Shown: positions 18,220 through 28,235, counted from the first letter of the stretch. The stretch: 64,000 nucleotides of DNA from an uncultured Chryseobacterium sp. (GCA_964406465.1 CAYORT010000012.1:7653-71652), one strand, 5' to 3'. Program-made: numbers and translations. The notes: generated by a model not told the origin, from the letters alone.

Positions 18220-19977
18220 TTACATCCTCTCCGGCATCTCAATTCCCAACAGCTTCATCGATTTCTTTAATGTATCACCCACCTCTTTCGACAAGGCAAC
18301 TCTAAAGTTTTTTGAGTTTTCATCCTCAGCATTTACAATTTGGTGATCGGCCCAAAATTGCGAGAATTCTTTGGCTAGGTCGTAGCTGTAGTTGGCCATA
18401 ACTGCCGGACTATTCAACTTACCAGCTTCTTTGATGGCAGCCGAATAACCCAATATTTTTTTGATTAACTCTTTCTCTTTTTTAGTGAGCGATGCAACTT
18501 GGTATTCTTTTGCTTCGCCTACTTTGCGCAGAACAGAGCGGGTACGAACGTAGATGTATTGAATGAACGGTCCCGTATTTCCGTTGAAGTCGATGGACTC
18601 CTCTGGATTAAAAATCATTGATTTTTTAGGGTCGACTTTCAAGATGAAATATTTCAAGGCGCCCAAAGCAATCTTGCGAATCACTTCATTTTTTTCTTCC
18701 TCGCTCAACTCATCTAACTTTCCTTTTTCGGCAGTGCTTTGCGCTGCAGATGCAATCATTTCCTCAATTAAATCATCGGCATCAACCACCGTTCCTTCAC
18801 GTGTTTTCATTCTTCCGCTAGGCAACTCCACCATTCCGTATGAGAGGTGGAATAAGCCTTCCCAGAAAGAATAGCCCATTTTCTTTAAAATGAGGAACAA
18901 CACCTTGAAGTGATAATCTTGCTCGTTGGCAACGGTGTAAATGATACCATCTACATTGAAATCTTTGTAACGCTCTACGGCGGTACCAATATCTTGAGTC
19001 ATATATACTGCTGTTCCATCAGAACGAAGCAATAGTTTTTCATCTAAGCCATCTGCCGTTAAATCAATCCACACAGAGCCATCGTCCTTTTTAAAGAAAA
19101 CGCCTTTTTTCAGTCCTTCTTCAATGATCTCTTTACCGAATAGATAAGTGTTCGATTCATAATAAAGCTTATCGAAATCAACGCCGAGTTTTTTGTATGT
19201 AGCATCAAAACCTTCGTAAACCCAGCTGTTCATAGTTTTCCATAGTTCTACTGTGGCAATGTCTCCAGCTTCCCACTTGCGCAGCATTTCAGAGGCTTCC
19301 AAGAAAAGGGGTGCTTTTGTTTTGGCGCTTTTTTCGTCCATACCGCCAGCTATTAACTCTTGCATTTCTTTTTTGTAGGCTTGTTCAAACATCACATAGT
19401 ATTTTCCAACTAAATGGTCTCCCTTGCTACCTGATGACTGCGGCGTCTCGCCATTTCCCCATTTCATCCAAGCGAGCATCGATTTACAAATGTGAATACC
19501 GCGGTCGTTGATGATTTGTGTTTTGATCACTTCGTTGCCATTGGCCTTCAATATTTCCGAAACTGAATAGCCTAAGAAGTTGTTGCGAATGTGTCCGAGA
19601 TGTAAAGGTTTATTAGTGTTTGGTGAAGAATATTCTACCATCAATTTTTTAGAAGGTGTACTCGCTACAAAAGGTTGCTTATTCTTAAAAGCATCTACCC
19701 AATAAGCATCGGCGATAGATAAATTTAAAAAGCCTTTTACAACATTGAATGCCGCAATCTCTGTTAAGTTTTCATTAATAAATGCACCTAAATCTTGTGC
19801 TGTTTGTTCGGGTGATTTTTTAGAAATTTTCAATAATGGAAATACAACAATGGTAAGGTCTCCTTCAAACTCAACTTTACAAGGTTGAAGCTGAACCTGC
19901 TGTTCGGTAATTGTTGCTCCGTATAGTTGCTGTGCGGCACTGATAGCAGCACTTATAATTTTATTCTCGATGTTCAT
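18220..19977 (-). CDS. argS: Arginyl-tRNA synthetase
   Basis: VEYSSPNTNKPLHLGHIRN (HIGH), MKTREG, GNTGPFIQY and C-terminal LGIEMPERM. Confidence 0.99.
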   Translation of the reverse strand: MNIENKIISAAISAAQQLYGATITEQQVQLQPCKVEFEGDLTIVVFPLLKISKKSPEQTAQDLGAFINENLTEIAAFNVVKGFLNLSIADAYWVDAFKNKQPFVASTPSKKLMVEYSSPNTNKPLHLGHIRNNFLGYSVSEILKANGNEVIKTQIINDRGIHICKSMLAWMKWGNGETPQSSGSKGDHLVGKYYVMFEQAYKKEMQELIAGGMDEKSAKTKAPLFLEASEMLRKWEAGDIATVELWKTMNSWVYEGFDATYKKLGVDFDKLYYESNTYLFGKEIIEEGLKKGVFFKKDDGSVWIDLTADGLDEKLLLRSDGTAVYMTQDIGTAVERYKDFNVDGIIYTVANEQDYHFKVLFLILKKMGYSFWEGLFHLSYGMVELPSGRMKTREGTVVDADDLIEEMIASAAQSTAEKGKLDELSEEEKNEVIRKIALGALKYFILKVDPKKSMIFNPEESIDFNGNTGPFIQYIYVRTRSVLRKVGEAKEYQVASLTKKEKELIKKILGYSAAIKEAGKLNSPAVMANYSYDLAKEFSQFWADHQIVNAEDENSKNFRVALSKEVGDTLKKSMKLLGIEMPERM

Positions 19978-20053
19978 GTTTGTGAATTGAGCCGCTAAGG
20001 TAAATTATTTTAGAGCAATTTGTATAGTATGCTGTAATTCCAACAATTACTAC

Positions 20054-20061
20054 TATCTTTG
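20054..20061 (+). promoter_or_regulatory. Bacteroidota sigma-A -7 box for typA
   Basis: TATCTTTG matches TAnnTTTG, 25 nt upstream of the ATG. Confidence 0.65.
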
Positions 20062-20086
20062 CGCCCTTAAAGCTTAAAAGACAAGT

Positions 20087-21880
20087 ATGAATATTAGGAA
20101 CATCGCGATTATTGCCCACGTTGACCACGGTAAGACTACCTTGGTAGATAAAATTTTAGAGTCGGGAAAACTCTTTGCAGAACACAAAGAAAGAGGGGAA
20201 TTGGTTATGGACTCCAATGAGTTGGAGCGTGAGCGTGGTATCACCATTCGTTCAAAAAATGCATCGGTAACTTATAAAGATCACAAGATTAATATCATCG
20301 ATACCCCTGGTCACAGTGACTTTGGTGGTGAGGTTGAGCGTGTACTAAAAATGACCGACGGCGTGTTGTTGTTGGTAGATGCTTTTGAGGGACCAATGCC
20401 TCAAACTCGTTTCGTATTGCAAAAAGCATTGCAATTGGGCTTAAAACCAATTGTGGTTGTAAATAAAGTAGATAAAGAAAACTGTGATCCTGAGTTGACT
20501 AATGAGAAAGTATTTGACTTGATGTTCGAGTTAGATGCTAACGAAGATCAGTTAGATTACCCTGTTGTTTATGGTGCAGCTAAAATGGGTTGGATGAGTG
20601 ATCATTGGGAAAACAAAACAGATAATATCAATATCTTATTAGAGAAAGTAATTGAGCATATTCCAGCGCCTAAAGTTGCTGAAGGTACTACTCAGTTGCA
20701 AATTACTGCTCTTGACTTCTCTTCTTTCGTTGGTAGAATTGCTATCGGAAGATTATATAGAGGTACTTTAGTGCCTAACCAACAAGTTGCTTTGGTGAAG
20801 AGAGATGGTAAGGTGGTGAAAATGAGAATTAAGGAATTGATGGTTTTTGAAGGTTTAGGCAAAGTGAAGGTGGATAAAGTAGAGGCTGGAGAAATTTGTG
20901 CTATTGTAGGTTTAGAAGATTTTGAAATTGGTGATACTGTTGCCGATGTTGAAAATCCAGAGGCAATGCCTCCAATTTCTATCGATGAGCCAACCATGAG
21001 TATGTTGTTTTCTATCAACAACTCACCATTCTTTGGTAAAGAAGGTAAATTCGTTACTTCTCGTCATATTCGTGAGCGTTTAGAAAAAGAATTAGAGAAA
21101 AACTTAGCGATGAAAATGGAATCAACTGGTTCTGCTGACTCGTTTATGGTTTTCGGACGTGGTGTACTTCACTTGTCTATTTTGATTGAGGAGATGCGTC
21201 GTGAAGGTTATGAGTTACAAGTTGGTCAGCCGCAAGTATTGATTAAACATATCGACGGTGTTAAATGTGAGCCAGTAGAGGCGCTTACCATCGACGTTCC
21301 AGAAGAGTTTTCGGGTTCTGTGATTGATATGGTTACAAGAAGAAAAGGTGAAATGCAAAGCATGACTCCAAAAAATAACCGTGTTAAATTAGAGTTCAAT
21401 ATTCCTTCTCGTGGTATCATTGGTTTAAGAGGTAACATGCTTACTGCTACAGCTGGTGAGGCAATCATGGCACATCGTTTATTAGGATATGAGCCATGGA
21501 AAGGTGATATTCCTGAGAGACAAAATGGTTCGATGATTTCATTGGAGCAAGGAACTTCATTTGCTTACTCAATTGATAAATTACAAGACAGAGGTAAATT
21601 CTTCATCAATCCGGGTGAAGAAGTTTATGAAGGTCAGGTTATTGGCGAACACAGTAAAGAAGGTGATTTGTGCATCAACGTTACTAAATCGAAACAGTTA
21701 ACCAACTTCCGTGCTGCTGGTTCAGATGATAAGGCTCGTGTTATTCCTCCAATTAAACACACTTTGGAAGAAGCGTTAGAGTATATTCAATCAGATGAGT
21801 ACGTTGAATTAACTCCGACTTCAATTAGATTAAGAAAAATCTTATTGAAAGAAAGCGATAGAAAAAGAGGTGGAAAATAA
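20087..21880 (+). CDS. typA: Translational GTPase TypA/BipA
   Basis: IAHVDHGKTT, ERERGITI, DTPGH, NKVD and GRGVLHLSILIEEMRREG. Confidence 0.99.
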   Translation: MNIRNIAIIAHVDHGKTTLVDKILESGKLFAEHKERGELVMDSNELERERGITIRSKNASVTYKDHKINIIDTPGHSDFGGEVERVLKMTDGVLLLVDAFEGPMPQTRFVLQKALQLGLKPIVVVNKVDKENCDPELTNEKVFDLMFELDANEDQLDYPVVYGAAKMGWMSDHWENKTDNINILLEKVIEHIPAPKVAEGTTQLQITALDFSSFVGRIAIGRLYRGTLVPNQQVALVKRDGKVVKMRIKELMVFEGLGKVKVDKVEAGEICAIVGLEDFEIGDTVADVENPEAMPPISIDEPTMSMLFSINNSPFFGKEGKFVTSRHIRERLEKELEKNLAMKMESTGSADSFMVFGRGVLHLSILIEEMRREGYELQVGQPQVLIKHIDGVKCEPVEALTIDVPEEFSGSVIDMVTRRKGEMQSMTPKNNRVKLEFNIPSRGIIGLRGNMLTATAGEAIMAHRLLGYEPWKGDIPERQNGSMISLEQGTSFAYSIDKLQDRGKFFINPGEEVYEGQVIGEHSKEGDLCINVTKSKQLTNFRAAGSDDKARVIPPIKHTLEEALEYIQSDEYVELTPTSIRLRKILLKESDRKRGGK

Positions 21881-21898
21881 TTTCTACTTTAAATCAAT

Positions 21899-21934
21899 AA
21901 AAAAAAGGATTCGTCGGTTGACGAATCCTTTTTT
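21899..21934. terminator. Bidirectional intrinsic terminator
   Basis: aaaaaaggattcgtc-ggtt-gacgaatcctttttt between convergent genes. Confidence 0.9.
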
Positions 21935-21958
21935 GTTTTGTGGTAGAGACATTATTAT

Positions 21959-22858
21959 TTAGCTAATTTTCCACCCAATGATCTTCTTGTCATCACTACC
22001 GCTCACAAAGAAATCTTCGCCTTCGGGCCAGTGCAAGCAATTAACTGAATGAGTGTGTCCTTTATGACTTCTGTAATCGATTCGTTCTATTAAATCTAAG
22101 GTTTGTGCATCCCACAGCTTCATGGTTTTGTCGCGTGAAGAAGTGATGAGGTATTTGTTGTCTCTGCTGAATAAAATGCCATACAATGCCCAGTTGTGAG
22201 CTGGTATGGTAAGGACATGTTGATAGTTTACATCAACATTCCACACCTTTAAAAGCGCATCTTTTCCGCCGGTAAGTAAAACATTTTTAGTTGGGTGGAA
22301 GCGCGCCACATTTACTTTGTCGTGTGCTAAAAATTCATAAGTGATTTCGAGTGTAAATAAATTCATGATGCGCACAAATCCATCGCCACAGGCTAAAACA
22401 GCAATGCCTTTTTCTTGATGAATTTCCATGGTGCGAATCTTATCTTTCGCAACAGCCACCGATTTAATTAATTTGAAATCGCTGCTCCACACAGAAACGG
22501 TTCCATCGCCACTTAAAAGAAAAAAACGATCGTGGATTTCATCGTAATTGATGTGAAACAAAGCTTCTTTATGGTAAGGAATAAACTTAATCTCTTTCTT
22601 GTTTAAGGTATCGATGACATGCAGATTTCCATTGAAGAGTCCGATCAACAAATAGTTGTATTTCTCCACATATTTCAATGCCAAAACAGCAGCTTTGTTT
22701 TGAATGGTAAAAGGAATGTTACAATGTTTTTCTAAATCCCAAGCAGTTGAAATTTTATCTCCGCTACCCGAAAAGATGGTGTTTTTACCAATGCCTTTTT
22801 CAATGCAGTAGATGGCTGCATTGTGACCAGTGAGTTCGAAAAGTTTTTCCACTTTCAT
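21959..22858 (-). CDS. WD40-repeat beta-propeller protein
   Basis: Repeated GH/AH...SGSGD, TGGKD, SSRDK and SGSDD...WD/W motifs. Confidence 0.9.
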   Translation of the reverse strand: MKVEKLFELTGHNAAIYCIEKGIGKNTIFSGSGDKISTAWDLEKHCNIPFTIQNKAAVLALKYVEKYNYLLIGLFNGNLHVIDTLNKKEIKFIPYHKEALFHINYDEIHDRFFLLSGDGTVSVWSSDFKLIKSVAVAKDKIRTMEIHQEKGIAVLACGDGFVRIMNLFTLEITYEFLAHDKVNVARFHPTKNVLLTGGKDALLKVWNVDVNYQHVLTIPAHNWALYGILFSRDNKYLITSSRDKTMKLWDAQTLDLIERIDYRSHKGHTHSVNCLHWPEGEDFFVSGSDDKKIIGWKIS

Positions 22859-22885
22859 CTTTCAATATTACTTATTTTTGCGCTC

Positions 22886-24541
22886 ATGATGAATAATTAC
22901 AGCGAAAAGCAAAAAGCTTTAACATTTGTGTTGGGATGGTTTCTGCTCAATTTCGTTGTATCTATTTTTACTCCTTTGGCCGATGATGAGGCCTACTACT
23001 GGGTGTATGCAAAGTTTTTAGATTGGGGATATTTCGATCATCCACCCATGATTGCGATGATGATTAAGGCAGGCGGATTTCTTTTTCAAAATGAAATCTC
23101 TATTCGCTTTTTCACAGTGGTAGCTTCCTCGCTCACGTTGTGGATACTCTTTCAACTCACCGAATTTAAAAGAACTGCTCAGCTCTTTTTGTTGTTTTTA
23201 ACGGTGCCGGCCTTTCATGCTTTGGGATTCATTTCGGCTCCCGATGTGCCTATGTTGTTGTTTGGAACTTGGTATTTGTTTCGATTTAAAAAATACCTCG
23301 AAGATGATTCTATAAAAAATGTACTTGCGCTTTCGTTGGTGATTGCAGCCTTGATGTTTAGTAAGTACCACGGCTTGTTATTGGTTATTTTTACGCTCAT
23401 CCCTAATTACAAATTACTCGCTAGAAAATCATTTTATGTGGTCTTCTTTTTATCGTTGCTTTTCTTTTTGCCACATCTTTGGTGGCAGTATCAAAACGAT
23501 TTTGTGTCGGTGCGTTTTCATTTGTTTGACAGGGTAAGAGGACATTATCAATTTACGTATACTACAGATTATATTTTGGGACAATTGGTTTTTTGCGGAC
23601 CCATTTTAATGTTTTTGTTTTTCGCCAAAATTAGAAAAGTACAGTTTGCTTTTGCCCCTACTTTGAAATGGGCAGCATTAGGATTTTTCTTGTTTTTCTT
23701 TCTCAATTCTTTTAGAGTTTTTATTGAGGCCAACTGGGTGGCAATGGGCTATATTTCGGCCTTGCTGTTGGTGCATAACGCCTTAGAAGAGAAATTGAGT
23801 TCGCTCTTGAAATATTCGTCAGTTGCCATCGTGTCGATTTTATTTTTGTTTAGAATTTTCTTGATTTCACCCATCGACAAAAGAATATTTTTAGTGACAG
23901 AACAATTTGGAAGAGGCAGAGAATACTATGAAGAAATTCACAAAAGAGCGGGCGATAGAAATGTTGTCTTTTGCAACAATTATCAAAAAGCATCGAAGTA
24001 TTATTTTTATTTCAATCAGCCGGCTTTTACTTTAAATGCTTATTGGTACAGAAGAAATCAGTACGACAAATGGCCTATACAAAAAGAGGCGCAAGGCAAG
24101 CCAGCCATGACGGTTGGCTTATCACGTTTTTATGGATGTACGGCCGAGTATTTCAATAACGATAGTGTTTTTTATCAGTTGGTTCCTTCCTTAAAAACCT
24201 TTGGTTATCTCACTTTTGAACTGCAAGAAAAAGAGTATGAAGTGAAAAAAGGAGAGGTGTTGAAAGAAGAATTTGTGGTGAGAAATCCTTTTGCAAAAGA
24301 GGTGAAATACGATTCAGTGCGCTGTGATATTTTTGCCATTTTAATCAACGAAGAAGGAGATTATGGGAGTCCGATTTGGGTTAAAAATTGTTTAGAAACA
24401 AATTTTAACGAAGGCGAAAAGATTGCTTTTGAACTGCCTGTAAATGTGGAAAAAGGCGAATATAAATTGCAGTTGGGAGTGTACAGTAATTATGCGAATA
24501 TGCTTCTGAATAGCCCGTATTATAAGGTGAAAGTAAAATAA
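22886..24541 (+). CDS. GT-C fold glycosyltransferase family 39 (ArnT/PMT-like)
   Basis: DDEAYYWVY..LDWGYFDHPPM, PDVPM and SKYHG with multiple TM helices. Start set at ATG 22886, just after a TATTTTTG box. Confidence 0.85.
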   Translation: MMNNYSEKQKALTFVLGWFLLNFVVSIFTPLADDEAYYWVYAKFLDWGYFDHPPMIAMMIKAGGFLFQNEISIRFFTVVASSLTLWILFQLTEFKRTAQLFLLFLTVPAFHALGFISAPDVPMLLFGTWYLFRFKKYLEDDSIKNVLALSLVIAALMFSKYHGLLLVIFTLIPNYKLLARKSFYVVFFLSLLFFLPHLWWQYQNDFVSVRFHLFDRVRGHYQFTYTTDYILGQLVFCGPILMFLFFAKIRKVQFAFAPTLKWAALGFFLFFFLNSFRVFIEANWVAMGYISALLLVHNALEEKLSSLLKYSSVAIVSILFLFRIFLISPIDKRIFLVTEQFGRGREYYEEIHKRAGDRNVVFCNNYQKASKYYFYFNQPAFTLNAYWYRRNQYDKWPIQKEAQGKPAMTVGLSRFYGCTAEYFNNDSVFYQLVPSLKTFGYLTFELQEKEYEVKKGEVLKEEFVVRNPFAKEVKYDSVRCDIFAILINEEGDYGSPIWVKNCLETNFNEGEKIAFELPVNVEKGEYKLQLGVYSNYANMLLNSPYYKVKVK

Positions 24542-24626
24542 TTGTAACCTTTTTTAGTCATTGTTTTGGCGGTTAAATTAATTTTATTATCTTGCAGCTC
24601 CCTCAAGGTAAACTTACTCGGGAATA

Positions 24627-25604
24627 ATGAGAATTTTATTTTTAAATATAACTTTTATACTGGGATTACTATTGTTTTCCTCGAACTCATCAGGCGCTGA
24701 AAATTCGGCGAATGAAAACAGTTCGGAGGATGCCTTTGTAAGTTATATTCAAAACACCACATTATCTCGTGAGCGTATTGTAAGCATCATCGATTCTTTG
24801 TTGGAAACTGATTCTGTTTCTACAAGAGTGTTAGATGCCTTGAATAAAAAATTATTGGCTACACAAGCTTTTTATCAATTGCCAATCGATACTACTCCAT
24901 ATCCTGCGCATGAGTTGTACACGTTTTGGGATACTGAGCATCCAAATTGTTACTCACCCAATTTATCGGCAAACGATACTTCATTTAATTTTGCGTTGAC
25001 AGATTCAATGAATTTCTGCGGATTTGTAATGCCAGCAAATGGCATCATCACTTCAACATTTGGTCCGCGCGACGGAAGAATGCACAATGGTATTGATATC
25101 GATTTAGAAACAGGTGATACAGTAATGGCAGCATTTGTTGGTATGGTTCGCGTTGCGAGATATTACAGCAGTTTTGGAAATGTAGTGGTGATTCGTCATT
25201 ACAACGGATTTGAGACTGTTTATGCACACTTATCAAGAATTGATGTTAAGCCAGGAGATATTGTTGATCCGGGACAGTTAATTGGCTTAGGTGGTAACAC
25301 AGGAAGATCGCGCGGAAGTCACTTACATTTTGAAATGCGTTTCAAAGGAGTGCCTATCAATCCTAAATACATTATCAATCTTCAAAAGAGAGAGTTGGTT
25401 AGCGAAGCGGTGGTTGTAAAGAAAACCAAAAATGGTTTTACTGTTCGTCCGGAAGGCCTAGTTTACCACACCGTTAAAAAAGGAGATTATCCTTACAAAA
25501 TTGCAGCTCAATACGGAATCACCGTTGCTCAATTGTGCAAATTGAATGGCTTAACTAAGAAGAGTGTTTTAGTTAAAGGTCGCCAGTTGAGAGTGAGTTT
25601 GTAA
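24627..25604 (+). CDS. M23 family peptidase with C-terminal LysM domain
   Basis: HNGIDID (HxxxD), YAHL, HLHFE (HxH) and HTVKKGDYPYKIA. Confidence 0.93.
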   Translation: MRILFLNITFILGLLLFSSNSSGAENSANENSSEDAFVSYIQNTTLSRERIVSIIDSLLETDSVSTRVLDALNKKLLATQAFYQLPIDTTPYPAHELYTFWDTEHPNCYSPNLSANDTSFNFALTDSMNFCGFVMPANGIITSTFGPRDGRMHNGIDIDLETGDTVMAAFVGMVRVARYYSSFGNVVVIRHYNGFETVYAHLSRIDVKPGDIVDPGQLIGLGGNTGRSRGSHLHFEMRFKGVPINPKYIINLQKRELVSEAVVVKKTKNGFTVRPEGLVYHTVKKGDYPYKIAAQYGITVAQLCKLNGLTKKSVLVKGRQLRVSL

Positions 25605-25749
25605 TTCGCATTTTCTTTTTCCAATTCAATTTATTTATTTCAGTTTCAATCAAAGAAATGTATTTCATAAGTAAGCTTAGCTTTTAGCAAAACGAGAATA
25701 GCGGCTCTTGAACTCAGCAGGGTTAGCTGTGATTGTTAAACAGATAAAA

Positions 25750-26154
25750 TTATTTTAAAATTTTCTTTTTACTTCCCCCTTTTTGTTTATTCAATTTGTA
25801 TTCTTCTCCCCATTTTGCCATTGCCTGAATTAAAGGTGATAACGTGAGTCCAAAATCGGTTAATGTGTATTCTACTTTTGGTGGAATCTCAGCATAAACT
25901 TTTCTTTTAATAATACCATCATCTTCTAATTCTCTTAACTGTTGTGTTAGCATAGATTGCGTTATGCCAACGACGCTTCGCTTCAATTCACCAAATCGGG
26001 CTGGGGCTGTAAAATAAATTGCATTGATAAGAATAGGTTTCCATTTTCCACCTAAAACTTTCATTGTGGCAGTAACTGGACAAGATGTTTCATCAAATTT
26101 AAAAGTTTTTTTTGATTTAATTAATTGATTATCAGTATTAGTTTGTTTTTTCAT
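25750..26154 (-). CDS. HxlR family winged-helix regulator
   Basis: CPVTATMKVLGGKWK, RFGELKR and PPKVEYTLT. Confidence 0.93.
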   Translation of the reverse strand: MKKQTNTDNQLIKSKKTFKFDETSCPVTATMKVLGGKWKPILINAIYFTAPARFGELKRSVVGITQSMLTQQLRELEDDGIIKRKVYAEIPPKVEYTLTDFGLTLSPLIQAMAKWGEEYKLNKQKGGSKKKILK

Positions 26155-26248
26155 ACTTACTATAAATTAATGTCCTACTTGATGAAATAATTTATACAAT
26201 GGATATTTGCAGTACAATATTAAATAAAACAATTAAAAAGAAAACAAA

Positions 26249-26590
26249 ATGGTAAAATTCATGTTAATTTTTCGAGGTGGTAATACTCATATCGCTACTG
26301 CCAATTCACAAGCTGCGATGGACATAATTAAAATTTGGGATAAATGGATGCAAGGACTAGCCGAAAAGGGGATTCTAGCCGGCGGCGATGCGCTTCAATT
26401 GACAGGTAAGCATGTGAAAGGTGCAAAGAAACATGTTTTAGAAGGGCCTTACGCTGAAGGTAACGAACTGTTTGGCGGCTACTTAATTGTAAATGCAAAA
26501 GACATTGATGATGCAGTTGAAATTTCAAAAGGTTGTCCGATTTTAAATGAAGATGGCAGTGTAGAGGTCCGACCAATTCAAACAAGATAA
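26249..26590 (+). CDS. YciI (YCII-related) family protein
   Basis: EGPYAE..ELFGGY...AKDIDDAVEISKGCP...GSVEVRP. Confidence 0.9.
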   Translation: MVKFMLIFRGGNTHIATANSQAAMDIIKIWDKWMQGLAEKGILAGGDALQLTGKHVKGAKKHVLEGPYAEGNELFGGYLIVNAKDIDDAVEISKGCPILNEDGSVEVRPIQTR

Positions 26591-26831
26591 ATGCGAGTTT
26601 AGTTTGATATTTTTTCGTGAACTAAATTCAATTAAATCATGAAGTATCTTTTTCGCGATTATGCGGGAAAGATGTTTTTTAAGTATATCACATGTTTCAA
26701 CTTTGTCGGATCTATTTTTTTTTCTATGTGAAATTTCTCTACCCAAAGGCTAAACTGATTAAATAAAGTAAAAGTACATAAAGGTATGAAAGTGAATTTA
26801 ATTTTGAAGTGCTATTCGAAATTAAATAGAA

Positions 26832-26898
26832 TCCATCTCCCTGCCACTGCACAGGCATTTACGCACCCCTCTCCGCCGAGAGGGAGGGTAGCGCTTAA
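26832..26898 (-). repeat. Dispersed REP-like repeat family B, copy 3
   Basis: tccatctccctgccactgcac...acgcacccctctccgccgagaggg, in the same orientation as copy 2. Confidence 0.85.
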
Positions 26899-26930
26899 AA
26901 TTGCAGAAGGGACATCTAGAAATTAATCAC

Positions 26931-26963
26931 AAAAAAAGAGCGATGAAATATTCATCGCTCTTT
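26931..26963 (-). terminator. Intrinsic terminator of dnaN
   Basis: aaagagcgatgaa-ata-ttcatcgctcttt with an A-tract on the left. Confidence 0.85.
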
Positions 26964-26983
26964 CCATTTATATTTTGATATTA

Positions 26984-28105
26984 TCAGTTCAACATTACTG
27001 GCATCACCAACATCAAGATATCTTCTTCGGCATTTCTTTCTTCAACAGAAGGAATGATGATACCTGCGCGGTTTGGTGCCGACATTTCGATGTTTATGCT
27101 GTTGCTGTCCATGTTGTTCAACATCTCAATTAAGAACTTAGAGTTGAAACCAATTTCCATGTCGTCGCCTTCGTATTGGCAAGTCAATCTTTCGCTAGCT
27201 TCATTCGAAAAATCTAAATCTTCTGCAGAAATGTTCAATTCACTTCCTTGAATTTTCAAACGAACCTGGTGTGTAGTTTTATTTGCGAAAATAGATACAC
27301 GTTTGATAGAGTTCAAAAGAAGAGCTCTGTCGATGGTAAGTTTGTTCGGATTTTGTTTTGGAATTACCGCTTCGTAGTTTGGATATTTACCTTCAATCAA
27401 ACGGCAAATCAAATTGATATTGTCGAAAGAGAAGAAGGCATTTGATGCATTGTACTCAATTTTAACGGCAACATCTTTTGTTCCAATGTTTGAACGCAAA
27501 AGAGTAAGAGGTTTAGAAGGTAAAATGAAAGAAGAAGTTTTACCAGCCTTTGAATCGAAACGCTTGTAACGAACCAATTTGTGGGCATCTGTAGCAACGA
27601 AAGTGATGTTCTCTTGAGATAACTCGCAAAATACTCCCGACATTACCGGTCTTAGTTCATCGTTACCCGCAGCAAACAATGTTTTGTTGATGGCACCCAA
27701 TAATACTTTTGAGTTGATTTCTACTGTAGAAGCTTGCTCGATAGCCGGAGTTTTAGGAAACTCTTCGCCATTGAAACCGCTTAATTTATATTTACCGTAG
27801 TCGCTTAAAATCTCGATGCCGAAGTTTTCTTTGTTAACCGAGAATGTAAGTGGATGATCGGGAAAAGTCTTTAAAATTTCAATCAACAATTTACCAGGAA
27901 TAGCCACTTTGCCATTCTCCTTAGATTCGATTTGCATTTTTGCCGACATGGTGATTTCTAAATCGGATGCAGAAATACTTAAATCGTTACCGTTGATGTC
28001 GAAAAGGAAATTATCTAAAATCGGCAAAGCATTGTTCGAACTCAATACTCCGCCTGTTAGTTGCAGTTGCTTTAGCAATGAGGCACTTGATACTATAAAT
28101 TTCAT
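26984..28105 (-). CDS. dnaN: DNA polymerase III beta sliding clamp
   Basis: LPILDNFLF, ATDAHKL, LIEGKYPNY, IGFNSKFL and LVMPV. Confidence 0.98.
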   Translation of the reverse strand: MKFIVSSASLLKQLQLTGGVLSSNNALPILDNFLFDINGNDLSISASDLEITMSAKMQIESKENGKVAIPGKLLIEILKTFPDHPLTFSVNKENFGIEILSDYGKYKLSGFNGEEFPKTPAIEQASTVEINSKVLLGAINKTLFAAGNDELRPVMSGVFCELSQENITFVATDAHKLVRYKRFDSKAGKTSSFILPSKPLTLLRSNIGTKDVAVKIEYNASNAFFSFDNINLICRLIEGKYPNYEAVIPKQNPNKLTIDRALLLNSIKRVSIFANKTTHQVRLKIQGSELNISAEDLDFSNEASERLTCQYEGDDMEIGFNSKFLIEMLNNMDSNSINIEMSAPNRAGIIIPSVEERNAEEDILMLVMPVMLN

Positions 28106-28130
28106 GTCAGTTTTTTTAATGGATACCTCG

Positions 28131-28138
28131 CAAATATA
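28131..28138 (-). promoter_or_regulatory. -7 box for dnaN
   Basis: caaatata is TATATTTG on the minus strand. Confidence 0.6.
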
Positions 28139-28208
28139 ACCGATTCATTTTGGGGGATATCCTTTGAAAAGGGGAAATTATTAACAAATTATAAAAAAGG
28201 GGAGATAA

Positions 28209-28226
28209 GCAGGGCAATAGTTCCTT
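28209..28226. repeat. Truncated copy of REP-like family A
   Basis: gcagggcaatagttcctt is the exact reverse complement of 17354-17371. Confidence 0.7.
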
Positions 28227-28235
28227 ACGTCAATT

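Noticed and set aside
26543-26746. 67-aa minus-strand ORF beside REP-B copy 3, as a possible RAYT or nuclease remnant
   Set aside because: No HUH, Tyr or PD-(D/E)xK motif could be found in any frame I checked.
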